Part shown: piece by piece, positions 7,323 to 16,760 of the stretch
Layout of the letters: each line of letters opens with the position of its first letter
How positions within the stretch are numbered: the first letter of the stretch is position 1
NCBI GenBank assembly: GCA_949293255.1
Contig: CASFCL010000001.1
Location: forward strand, 156,105 to 220,104
Direction: 5' to 3'
DNA: 64,000 nucleotides
Source: an uncultured bacterium
GTDB taxonomy: Bacteria; Bacillota_I; Bacilli_A; RFN20; CAG-826
Made by a program: the position numbers and the translations under genes
The notes under the pieces: model-generated
Databases searched by the model: none
What the model was told of the DNA's origin: nothing
What the model saw: the letters and a program-made list of their open reading frames with translations, nothing else

Positions 7323-9712
7323 TATTGTCTAATCTCCGCTTTAAATTTAGAGACAAGAATTTCTCTAATTTTTAAATCAATTGGAACAATTTCATTATCT
7401 TTTAAGGTGCGATCTTTAGCTTCAAAAGTAATTCTAATTGCTAAAGAAACATGTCCTTCTTTAATGTGTTCACCTTCATAAATATCAAAGACGTTAACAT
7501 TTTTAATGATATTTGATTGTTTTTTGATTTCTCTTTTTAAATCACTAAACTTAATATCTTTTGAAACGATGAATGCGTAATCTCTTGAAGAAGATGGATA
7601 AACGCTGATTGCTTCGAATTTATTATTTTTAGTTTTAGTTACAAAAAGTAATGATAAATCACATTCCATAACTACACATGCAACTTTTCCTAAACCTAAT
7701 TCTTTACGTTTAAGAGGATGAAGTTCACCCAAAACTGCAAATGGTCTTCCATCTAAAGAAATTAATGCACTTCTATACGGATGGAATTCTTCATTTTCTT
7801 TTAATCTTTCGACTTTTACTCTACTTTCAGCAATATTAAATGAAGCTAAAAGGTTATCTACGATACCTTTTAAGTCGTAGTAATCATATTCTCTTTCTTC
7901 AATGTGATCGATTCCATATTTTTTACCAACTAAGGCAACTGAAAGATGTTTACGAATTGATTTTTTAGTATCGATATTTGAAACTTCAAATAAACCAAAG
8001 TCAGCTTGTTGGTGATTTAAGTTATAAGCTACAGTTTTAAGCATTGAAGGAAGTAAAGATAATCTAACATATTCATGTTCTTCTGTGATTGGGTTAGAAA
8101 TTTTATATCCTTCTTCTTTATTTAAGTAGTTAAAACTATTTACTTCATCTTTAGAAATTAATGAATAAGATAAAATTTGATGAAGACCACTAGAAATTAA
8201 GAAATCTTCTACTTTTCTTGTTTTAACTTCTTCAATTTTTAATTTTCCAACCGTCATATCGGTAGAAGGAAGAATTGTTACGATGTTATTGATACCTAAA
8301 TATCTAATAACTTCTTCACTTAAATCAGCTTTTCCATCAATATCAATTCTGAAATTTGGAACTACTGCTTTAAAGTTATTACCATCAACATCAACAATTT
8401 CAAAATATAATTTTGTTAAAGTCTTTTTGATTTCTTCATAGCTAAATGAAGTTCCAAGTCTATTGTTGATGTAGTCTTTTGAACATTCAATAACTTTTTG
8501 ATCATGATTTAATTCATCATATTTCAATATGTTTGAAATTTCTTTATATGAAGTTAAATCTTTTAAGATATTTGTTGTTAAATTTAAAACAAAGTCAGCT
8601 TGATCTTTATTGATTCCTTTAATAAATCTTTGAGATGAATCAGAGGATAAACCAAGTCTAGTAGCTGTTTTTCTAATTTGAGCGTGGTTGAAATTTGCTG
8701 CTTCAATTGCAATATTTTTAGTATTTGAAGTAACTTCACTATTTAATCCACCTAATACACCACCAACACAGACAATTTCATTATTTGATGTAACAACTAA
8801 ATCGCCATTTTTGATGTGATATGTTTTTTCATCAAGTGTATTGAATTCACAATCAAAATTATCTTTAACAGTTAACTCTTTAACATTTAATGCATCTAAA
8901 TCATACATATGTAATGGTTGGCCAGTTAAAAGCATGATGTAGTTTCCTAAATCAACGATGTTATTAATTGATTTAATACCTTCGCTATTTAAACAATCTT
9001 TTAACCATTTTGGTGATTCCTTGATTTCGATTCCTCTAACAATTTTTAAAGCAAATTCTTTACAGTTAGTTGATTCACTTCCGACTTTAAAGTCTTTTTC
9101 AACGTAAGTTGAATCTTCTTTTGCTTCAGGAATATTTACTGGTAAAGAAAATAATGCTCCAATTTCTCTAGCAACATTAAAAAGTGCGTAGCAATCGCTT
9201 CTATTTGCTAAAAGTGAGAGGTCTAAAATTGTATCTTCAAGTCCTAAATATTCTAAAACTTTAGTGTTTCCAACTACTGCATCATCACCTAATTCTTCAA
9301 TTCCACTAATTTGTTCTGGTTTTAAATATTTTTCATCAACACCAAGTTCATTTAATGCACATAGCATGCCTTCACTTTCAACACCTTTAAGTGTTGTTTT
9401 TAAGATTTCTTTATCTTTTAATTTAGCTCCAACTTGAGCAACGATGACTTTTAATCCTTCTCTTACATTAGGAGCACCACAAACAATATTTAAAACTTGG
9501 CTTCCAATATCGACTTTACAAATGTGTAAGTGATCTGAATCTGGATGATTAACACAAGAAATTACTTGTCCAATGATTAAATTAGTTGCTTCAGCTGATT
9601 TTTTAATGTCTTCAACTTCAATTCCGCTAAAAGTTAATTTATTAGCAATTTCTTCAGGAGTTAATGAACTTATATCAACATATTTTGAAATTTCTCTTAA
9701 ACTTACTAACAT
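7322..9712 (-). CDS. pheT: Phenylalanyl-tRNA synthetase beta subunit
   Basis: HPDSDHL, IVCGAPNV, SEGMLC, NRSDC, DLSEEV, LRLSL-like motif, C-terminal FDX-ACB domain. Confidence 0.99.
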   Translation of the reverse strand: MLVSLREISKYVDISSLTPEEIANKLTFSGIEVEDIKKSAEATNLIIGQVISCVNHPDSDHLHICKVDIGSQVLNIVCGAPNVREGLKVIVAQVGAKLKDKEILKTTLKGVESEGMLCALNELGVDEKYLKPEQISGIEELGDDAVVGNTKVLEYLGLEDTILDLSLLANRSDCYALFNVAREIGALFSLPVNIPEAKEDSTYVEKDFKVGSESTNCKEFALKIVRGIEIKESPKWLKDCLNSEGIKSINNIVDLGNYIMLLTGQPLHMYDLDALNVKELTVKDNFDCEFNTLDEKTYHIKNGDLVVTSNNEIVCVGGVLGGLNSEVTSNTKNIAIEAANFNHAQIRKTATRLGLSSDSSQRFIKGINKDQADFVLNLTTNILKDLTSYKEISNILKYDELNHDQKVIECSKDYINNRLGTSFSYEEIKKTLTKLYFEIVDVDGNNFKAVVPNFRIDIDGKADLSEEVIRYLGINNIVTILPSTDMTVGKLKIEEVKTRKVEDFLISSGLHQILSYSLISKDEVNSFNYLNKEEGYKISNPITEEHEYVRLSLLPSMLKTVAYNLNHQQADFGLFEVSNIDTKKSIRKHLSVALVGKKYGIDHIEEREYDYYDLKGIVDNLLASFNIAESRVKVERLKENEEFHPYRSALISLDGRPFAVLGELHPLKRKELGLGKVACVVMECDLSLLFVTKTKNNKFEAISVYPSSSRDYAFIVSKDIKFSDLKREIKKQSNIIKNVNVFDIYEGEHIKEGHVSLAIRITFEAKDRTLKDNEIVPIDLKIREILVSKFKAEIRQ

Positions 9713-9715
9713 AAA

Positions 9716-10756
9716 TTAATCCTCCACTTTCTTAACAAAACTATTTAAGAAACGAATATCGTTTTGATAAAAACGTCTTATATCATCGATTCCATATCTA
9801 AGCATAGCGACTCTTTCAATACCAATTCCAAAAGCAAAGCCGCTATAAACATTTGAATCGTATCCAGACATCTCTAAAACTTTAGGATTGACCATTCCAG
9901 CACCTAAAATTTCAATCCAACCCGTTCCTTTACACATTGAACAGCCTTTTCCGTTACAATTCATACAAGAAATATCAACTTCTACTGATGGTTCGGTAAA
10001 TGGGAAGTAGCTACTTCTAAGTCTAATTTCTCTTTTTTCACCAAACATTTTTTTAACAAATAATTCTAAAGTAGCTTTTAAATTACCCATGTTGATGTTT
10101 TTATCTATAACTAAACCTTCAACTTGAGCAAATTGATGGGAGTGAGTCATATCGTCATCATCTCTTCTAAAAACTTTTCCAGGGCAAATAATTTTGACTG
10201 GTTTATTTTGATTTTTCTCCATTACACGAGCTTGGACAGGTGAGGTATGAGTTCTTAAAAGTGTGGTTTCATCGATATAAAATGAATCTTGCATGTCACG
10301 AGCTGGATGGTCGCTAGGAATGTTTAAAAGCTCGAAGTTATAGTGATCTTTTTCTACTTCTGGACCATCTTCAATGGTATAACCCATTCCAATAAAGATA
10401 TCTTCGATTTCTCTAATAATTTTAAAGAAAGGATTGATGTTACCTTCATGAAAATCTCTTCCATTTAAAGTAATATCGATTTTTTCTTTTAATAATTCTT
10501 CGTTGATTTTAGCTTTTTGAAAAACTTCTTGTTTAGAATTTAAGATTGCTTCAAGAGAATCTTTACAGTTTTTAAAGGCTTCACCGAAGGCTTTTTTGTC
10601 TTCGACTTCTCTAATTTTATTTATCATGACTGAAATTAAGCCTTTTTTAGATAAATATTTAATTCTAACGTTAGCAAGTTCTTCTAAAGTTGATGCTTCA
10701 TTAGCTTCTTTTGTTGAATTTGATAAAAGTTCTTCAAATTCTTTAATGTAATCCAT
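9716..10756 (-). CDS. pheS: Phenylalanyl-tRNA synthetase alpha subunit
   Basis: [46 protein letters not shown]. Confidence 0.99.
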   Translation of the reverse strand: MDYIKEFEELLSNSTKEANEASTLEELANVRIKYLSKKGLISVMINKIREVEDKKAFGEAFKNCKDSLEAILNSKQEVFQKAKINEELLKEKIDITLNGRDFHEGNINPFFKIIREIEDIFIGMGYTIEDGPEVEKDHYNFELLNIPSDHPARDMQDSFYIDETTLLRTHTSPVQARVMEKNQNKPVKIICPGKVFRRDDDDMTHSHQFAQVEGLVIDKNINMGNLKATLELFVKKMFGEKREIRLRSSYFPFTEPSVEVDISCMNCNGKGCSMCKGTGWIEILGAGMVNPKVLEMSGYDSNVYSGFAFGIGIERVAMLRYGIDDIRRFYQNDIRFLNSFVKKVED

Positions 10757-10774
10757 ATTTAGCTACCTCCTAAA

Positions 10775-10975
10775 ATAAAAAAGAATTAGCTAGGAACGAA
10801 TATAATCCGCGTTACCATCCTAATTCTTTTTATTAAAAGCTCTTAATTAAATTTCTTTTTAAGTATAAGAATAACTGGCTCCAAGGTGAATTCATTAAGC
10901 ATTACTTGAAGAGGTTTCACTGTTCTCTTCTCCCTAATAAGATAGTCTTAATTACTACTTCTTTTCATCGCCTCA
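10775..10975 (-). promoter_or_regulatory. T-box riboswitch, Phe specifier (TTC)
   Basis: Minus strand: AGGGA and GTGAAA motifs, GAA-TTC-ACC specifier, AGGATGGTAACGCG T-box, terminator with T-run before pheS. Confidence 0.9.
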
Positions 10976-11015
10976 ATAATATTAACAATAATTAATATTA
11001 TTTTCTAGTTATATG

Positions 11016-14000
11016 TTATGAATTGATGTTTTGAATTGGGTTTTCAAGTGAGAATACACCAAAGGCAAGATAATCAAGATCATCACTACTTAAAGATGTA
11101 TCTCCACAAATAATTAAATCTGTACCAATATCAAGATAAATTGTTGTAGCCTCTGTATCTCCTTCGAAGATAACTTGATATCTGATGAAATCGAATCTAG
11201 TTAAATATGCTGCTGGAGAAGTATCATCTGTGTGGAATGGTTGAGATGGAGTAAATCCACTTGCAAAGGTGAATTTACGTTCTTCAACAACTCCAGATTC
11301 GTTTTTAAAGAATAAATAATTTCTACCATCATCAGAATTTACATAATGTCTATAACCAACATATTGATCTTCTGTTAAATTACTTGGCCAGATGTCTTCA
11401 AAATCTACTTTATTGATATTTAGTTTTCCTTCTGGAATGACATAATTTACAACTCTTTGATATTTATTGTTGTCTGAATTGACATATAAACCAAATCGAT
11501 AGTTGACCCCATCATAATATTGATCTGTATCTAATGTGACAAAGTAATGATCTAAAGATGTTGCTGTGCTTGTATATTTTATAGGCAACCATCTGTTATC
11601 TTTTGTAAATACATATGTGTCACGGCTATCATTTTGTTTATAAACTACTGCAATTGCAGTTTCATAATTCATTTCATTAACTCTAAGCCATTCATTACCA
11701 TAATAGATATATGAACGGTTTGTAGTACTATTTGTGAATGATTTATATGTAAAATCGGTTGAACTTGGTGCAATTACAATACCTTCAGAGGTAAAGGCAA
11801 TTGCATTTTGTCCATCTTCACTAATTAAATAGTGATTTACTTGATCATAACTTGATGCTCTAACAAAGTTATGATATTCATTTAAATAATAAATATGTGT
11901 TAATGCATCATTTGCTAAAACATTTCCGTTTTCATAAGCGGTCATTCTTTCCCAAGCACTATTTTCTTCAATATAAAGATATAAAACACCACTAATATTG
12001 AATGAACCGTTACTATTGTAGGTTCCTTGAGTAAGTTTTCCATTTAATGAGATGTATTGAGCTCCATCAATTACATAATAATGTGCTAAATTTTCACCGA
12101 TAACACCTTGATACCAAACACCTTGATTTAAATAGAATCCATCATCAATATCCGTATAGAAAGATGTAATTAATGAATTGCTACTAACTCCTGTTTGAAA
12201 GGTTTGACCATTAATAGATGCGACCCAGTCGCCGTTATTGGTATATGAAGCAAGAACATTAGCACTATTATCATAAAGAGTTCCATCATTTCCATTATTT
12301 GAATATTCCATAAAGGTTGATGAATTATCTTTAATTAATTCTTTTGTATCAGATTTGATATTGATAGTTAATTCTTGTTTGAAATAAACATTGTATTCAG
12401 AAGAAACAGGATTTAAAGCACCTTCTTCAACAATTTTTTCATAAGAATTAAATGAAGATAAATTTGCTTTTAAAGCTTCATAATTACTTTCAGCAACATT
12501 AATTGTTCCTAAAATTGTTGCATCTTTTATAGTAATTGTTCCTGAAACGGATAATTTTCCATCATTTACGCCTGCTAAATCTGGATAATTATTGTAATCT
12601 TCTAATTTATGACTTTTATAAATGTAGATATCTTCATTTACATTTAAATTGTTAAATCCAACAGTTGAATCACCCATAATTTTAATAGGTGTATTGATAT
12701 TTGCTGTACCTTTAAAGTTCATCATTAATGAATATGAAACAAGAGGAAAAGCAAGTGATGAAGAATCTTGAGTTTCACTATATGTAAATGGATTAACATT
12801 TACTTCTCCATCAACTTCAATTGTTTCGACTGTATTTTGAGAGGAAGCAATTCTAGAAAGTTTCGAATCAGTTGAAACAAATTGAATAAATGCTTCGTTT
12901 GAATTACCTGCAAAAAGCGTTTCATAATTCACAGTTGATGAATTAGAAACATAACTCATCATTCCATATAAAGAACCACCATTTTCGATAACAAAATCAC
13001 AGTTTATATCAGCAAAATTGTAACTTAAGAATGGAGAATCGTTGTTATCATATTTTTCTTGGAAATTACTCATTCCATAGAAATCATTAATTCCAACGTT
13101 AGCTTTTAAAGTTCCACCATTTTTAACAATAATTCCACCATCAGTTTTTGAATTGGTAATTAATCCGTTTGCAACTAAAGATCCACCATTTTCAATGATG
13201 AGATTATGTCCATTTAAGTCAATTGCTGAATATTGACCATTAATAACACCGCTAACATCGTTATTCTTTCCAATTGTTGAACTTAAAACTATATCACCTT
13301 TGATAGTTAAATCGCTATCTAATTGTAATTTTAATGTGGCATCTTCATATGTTGGGGTGAAATTTGCATCACTTTGAGTATATTTTCTTTGACTTGAAGC
13401 ACCTAAATCCATTTTTGAGGATTCAAGTATTAAAGTTTTTCCTTCTGGAATTTCACTTACTTCACCAGTGGAAATTACTTTATTATCATCTTCTGCAAGA
13501 TAATGAATACCGCTAATGGTATCGAATCTATCGATTGCTTCTTTTAAAGATAAATCGTGAATTACTTCTCTATCTTCTGAAAAATAAACAATTGATGAAT
13601 AATCGAATGTTTGTTCACCATTTGGTTTTGATAAAGAATCAAAGGGGAATGATGAAACATTAACGTTATCGTAACCTTCAAAAATAATTCCATCTCTAAC
13701 TGTTGTATTACCTAAAGCTGGAAGAACTTCAGCGTTATTTGTAATTTGGAAGTTACCTAATTGAACAAAATCGATTGGTTCAGTTCCATTACCGATATAA
13801 AAATTGTTTAAATTCAAATTTGATAAACCATTGTTATCAACGATTTCTAAAGTAGATGGTAAATATAAATTTTTAAGGTTATCTGCACCATCAAAAGCAA
13901 AATATGAAATTTCTTTGACACCTTCTCCAATGATGATTGTATTTACATCATAAATGAAAGGTCTATAGGTTCCATCTTCTTGAAGTCTACCAAAAGCATC

Positions 14001-14786
14001 GCCAAAAGACATTGGTCCAACAACAACTTCTTCGCCGTTATATGTTCCTGGAATTGTAATTGTTTTAGAAACTTCTTCATCTTCTCTTAAATTGTTGATT
14101 CTTCTATAAGATGAAAGAAGAATTTTTTGAGCATCAATAATATCAGGAAGATCTTGTTGTTCAACCATTTCAAGGAAAACTTCGTATAAGTCTCTTCTTA
14201 AAATAGCAACAACTTTATTATCTGAGTAATCGATAGAAATTTGTTCAAAATCAAATTTTAAATCTTTGATGAAAAATAAGTTTTGATCATATGTAGCAGC
14301 ATTTGCGTGCTGATTTAGTTCACCATCAGCTGTAATTTGACTAAATTTTGTAAAAGTTCCGTCAGCTTCTTCTTTGATTAAGATTAAAGGTGGATTTTCG
14401 ATTAATGAAGAAAGTTGAAATTGACCATTTTCACTATAATTTGGTAAATCGTAATCGACTCTTGAACCATCATAAGTAACAGAAATTTCAACGTTTCCTA
14501 AATCACAAAAATAGGATGGATCTTCAGAAAAAGATAAGTTTGAAATGTTAAATAAACCTAAGTATTTTATTTTTTCATCTTCACTAGGATTGAAGACTAC
14601 AGTTCTAGTTGAAGTGCCTTCATAGTAGTAAACATTTTTAGAAGCATTTGGACCGTAATTTTCTAAATATTTTTCATAATAGCCCATCGCTTTATCCATG
14701 AATTCTTGGACAGGATCTTTAAAACATCCGGTCAAAGAAAAGAGCATTGTGACCATTGATAAACATAATAAATTTTTCTTTTTCAT
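11016..14786 (-). CDS. Large lipoprotein with BspA-like leucine-rich repeat, probable beta-rich repeats and C-terminal aromatic repeats
   Basis: Signal peptide with lipobox LTG-C; IIIGEGVKEISYFAFDGADNLKNLYLPSTL (LRR_5-like); repeated IENGG/VKNGG; repeated Y..NG.W-type units. Confidence 0.8.
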   Translation of the reverse strand: MKKKNLLCLSMVTMLFSLTGCFKDPVQEFMDKAMGYYEKYLENYGPNASKNVYYYEGTSTRTVVFNPSEDEKIKYLGLFNISNLSFSEDPSYFCDLGNVEISVTYDGSRVDYDLPNYSENGQFQLSSLIENPPLILIKEEADGTFTKFSQITADGELNQHANAATYDQNLFFIKDLKFDFEQISIDYSDNKVVAILRRDLYEVFLEMVEQQDLPDIIDAQKILLSSYRRINNLREDEEVSKTITIPGTYNGEEVVVGPMSFGDAFGRLQEDGTYRPFIYDVNTIIIGEGVKEISYFAFDGADNLKNLYLPSTLEIVDNNGLSNLNLNNFYIGNGTEPIDFVQLGNFQITNNAEVLPALGNTTVRDGIIFEGYDNVNVSSFPFDSLSKPNGEQTFDYSSIVYFSEDREVIHDLSLKEAIDRFDTISGIHYLAEDDNKVISTGEVSEIPEGKTLILESSKMDLGASSQRKYTQSDANFTPTYEDATLKLQLDSDLTIKGDIVLSSTIGKNNDVSGVINGQYSAIDLNGHNLIIENGGSLVANGLITNSKTDGGIIVKNGGTLKANVGINDFYGMSNFQEKYDNNDSPFLSYNFADINCDFVIENGGSLYGMMSYVSNSSTVNYETLFAGNSNEAFIQFVSTDSKLSRIASSQNTVETIEVDGEVNVNPFTYSETQDSSSLAFPLVSYSLMMNFKGTANINTPIKIMGDSTVGFNNLNVNEDIYIYKSHKLEDYNNYPDLAGVNDGKLSVSGTITIKDATILGTINVAESNYEALKANLSSFNSYEKIVEEGALNPVSSEYNVYFKQELTINIKSDTKELIKDNSSTFMEYSNNGNDGTLYDNSANVLASYTNNGDWVASINGQTFQTGVSSNSLITSFYTDIDDGFYLNQGVWYQGVIGENLAHYYVIDGAQYISLNGKLTQGTYNSNGSFNISGVLYLYIEENSAWERMTAYENGNVLANDALTHIYYLNEYHNFVRASSYDQVNHYLISEDGQNAIAFTSEGIVIAPSSTDFTYKSFTNSTTNRSYIYYGNEWLRVNEMNYETAIAVVYKQNDSRDTYVFTKDNRWLPIKYTSTATSLDHYFVTLDTDQYYDGVNYRFGLYVNSDNNKYQRVVNYVIPEGKLNINKVDFEDIWPSNLTEDQYVGYRHYVNSDDGRNYLFFKNESGVVEERKFTFASGFTPSQPFHTDDTSPAAYLTRFDFIRYQVIFEGDTEATTIYLDIGTDLIICGDTSLSSDDLDYLAFGVFSLENPIQNINS

Positions 14787-14787
14787 G

Positions 14788-15525
14788 CTAAATTTTCTCC
14801 TTGAAACTGTACATTACTATCCCTGAAGCGACTCCAACATTCAAAGAATCGATTTCATTCATTGGAATTTTTAGTAATGTTGTGCACATATTTTCAACTT
14901 CTTTTTTCATCCCTTTTCCTTCATTTCCAAAAATTAATACGCACTTTGCAGGGATTTTTTTAAAATTAGCTAGATTTATTGATCTCTCTGTGAGTGAAGT
15001 TCCTATAATTTCATACCCTCTTTCTTTCAATATTTCTAACATATTTATTTTATCAAAGATTATATTTTCCTTAAAGATAGAACCTTGCGAAGATTGAATA
15101 ACTTTTTGATTGTATAAAAATGCTGAATCATTAGAAAGCACTATGTTTTTAAAGTTAAAAGCTAAAGCTGTTCTTAAAATTGTTCCAACGTTTCCTGGAT
15201 CTTGAACACCATCTAAATAGATATAATTTGAGGCTAATTCTTCTTCGTTTGATTCTAAAAATTTACAAATTGCGACTACTTTTTGGAACGATTTTGCACT
15301 ACTAATTTTATCTAAAATTTGCTCAGTTACGATGTATTGAGTGATGCTTTCAGGAAGGTCTAATTTATTTAAAGTAAAAACAATTTCAACATAATCAAGA
15401 GCCATCTCTAAAAGATGAAAACCCTCAATTAAAAATTTTCTTTCTTTTTTCATTTCATCATTGTTTTTTAAAGAAAGAGCATACTTTACAATAGGATTTT
15501 TTAATGAAGTTATTTCTTTAATCAT
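14788..15525 (-). CDS. TrmH/SpoU family RNA methyltransferase
   Basis: ITSLKNP, LDGVQDPGNVGTILRTA, FGNEGKG, SLNVGVA. Confidence 0.95.
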   Translation of the reverse strand: MIKEITSLKNPIVKYALSLKNNDEMKKERKFLIEGFHLLEMALDYVEIVFTLNKLDLPESITQYIVTEQILDKISSAKSFQKVVAICKFLESNEEELASNYIYLDGVQDPGNVGTILRTALAFNFKNIVLSNDSAFLYNQKVIQSSQGSIFKENIIFDKINMLEILKERGYEIIGTSLTERSINLANFKKIPAKCVLIFGNEGKGMKKEVENMCTTLLKIPMNEIDSLNVGVASGIVMYSFKEKI

Positions 15526-16169
15526 TTGAAATCGATCCTTTTTAATTCGTTATTTTGTATTTCAAAATAATCTGGCATATAAGTTAAAACGACTTTATAG
15601 AAATTGTTAGAATGATCTCTAACTTTATCATGAGCAAGTTCATGAATTACTACACTATCAATTGCATTTTTTGAATAATGAATAAGTTTAATATCAAATG
15701 TAATTGATTTAGTCATCATCGAGTTAGATCCATAAATAGTTTTAACGTTTTTAATTTTAACATTATATGGTTCATTTACTCCCATGATTTCTTCATAATA
15801 TCTAACTCGTGAGGTGATATAGTCTAAAAAATACTTAGAAACATTTTTATAAAATATCCTTCGATCTTTAAAAATAAAGAATCTATTGAATATTTTGATA
15901 AATCCTTCATTTGCTTTAACAAATTCTCCAAATAAATATACGCCATCATTTTTAAATGGATTTCGATTTAAAATTATATCTAAATTTTTGCTTCCATATG
16001 ATTCAACAAGCTTTTTAATATCTTCAATTTTTGCTGTATATGGAGCTGAAACATATATAATTCCGCTTCTACTATGAGCAACTATACGTCTAAAATCTTT
16101 GCTTCTTTTGACTTCAATTTCAAAATCAGCATCATCAATTTTAAATATATATTTTTCTACAAAATCCAT
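15522..16169 (-). CDS. M48/YgjP (DUF45) family metallopeptidase-like protein
   Basis: YGSNS, VVIHELAH...HSNNFY; TGA stop overlaps the next ATG (ATGA). Confidence 0.9.
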   Translation of the reverse strand: MDFVEKYIFKIDDADFEIEVKRSKDFRRIVAHSRSGIIYVSAPYTAKIEDIKKLVESYGSKNLDIILNRNPFKNDGVYLFGEFVKANEGFIKIFNRFFIFKDRRIFYKNVSKYFLDYITSRVRYYEEIMGVNEPYNVKIKNVKTIYGSNSMMTKSITFDIKLIHYSKNAIDSVVIHELAHDKVRDHSNNFYKVVLTYMPDYFEIQNNELKRIDFK

Positions 16170-16231
16170 ATGAATAATTATAACATTAACTCTTTAAATA
16201 TAATCTATTTTTCTTTATAATTTTTAAGATT

Positions 16232-16684
16232 ATGGAAACAATTATTGTAAGTGCATGCCTACTTGGAGACAAAACTAGATACGATGGAAAGACAAATTAT
16301 GATCCTTTAATTGAAAAAGTTAAAGAAAATTATAATATCGTTCCAATTTGTCCTGAAGTTATGGGAGGAATGTCTATTCCTAGAGAACCAACTGAATTAA
16401 TCAATGGATTCCCTTATTTAAAATCAGGAAAAGACGTCAGCTCTAACTTCAATAAAGGAACAAAACAAGTTGTAAATATCGTTAAATATTTAAAGGTAAA
16501 AAAAGCAATCTTAGTTGATAGATCTCCTTCATGTGGGATTCATAAAATTCATAACGGATACTTCAATGGTGTCGTTATAAATGGTCAAGGATTCACCACT
16601 CAAAGATTAAGAGAACTTGGTGTTGAATGTTTTACATTAAATGAATTTTGTGAAAAATATTTAAATGAAAACGAAGAAAAATAG
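16232..16684 (+). CDS. DUF523 family protein (2-thiouracil desulfurase-like)
   Basis: VSACLLG..RYDG, CPEVMGG..PR, SPSCG. Confidence 0.93.
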   Translation: METIIVSACLLGDKTRYDGKTNYDPLIEKVKENYNIVPICPEVMGGMSIPREPTELINGFPYLKSGKDVSSNFNKGTKQVVNIVKYLKVKKAILVDRSPSCGIHKIHNGYFNGVVINGQGFTTQRLRELGVECFTLNEFCEKYLNENEEK

Positions 16685-16708
16685 TACAAATTAATGTACT
16701 ATTTTTTT
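16677..16708. terminator. Probable bidirectional terminator between DUF523 and glgP
   Basis: AAAAATAGTACA/TGTACTATTTTT inverted repeat. Confidence 0.7.
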
Positions 16709-16760
16709 ATTAAAAACTCAGTGTTTTAAAGTGAAAATCTTGCAAATCTCCACTTTGTTC

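Noticed and set aside
15522..15524. TGA=Trp (Mycoplasma code 4)
   Set aside because: TGA ends genes at natural positions (ATGA overlap at 15522; LytTR at 27905), and long ORFs are intact under table 11 with TGG Trp codons.
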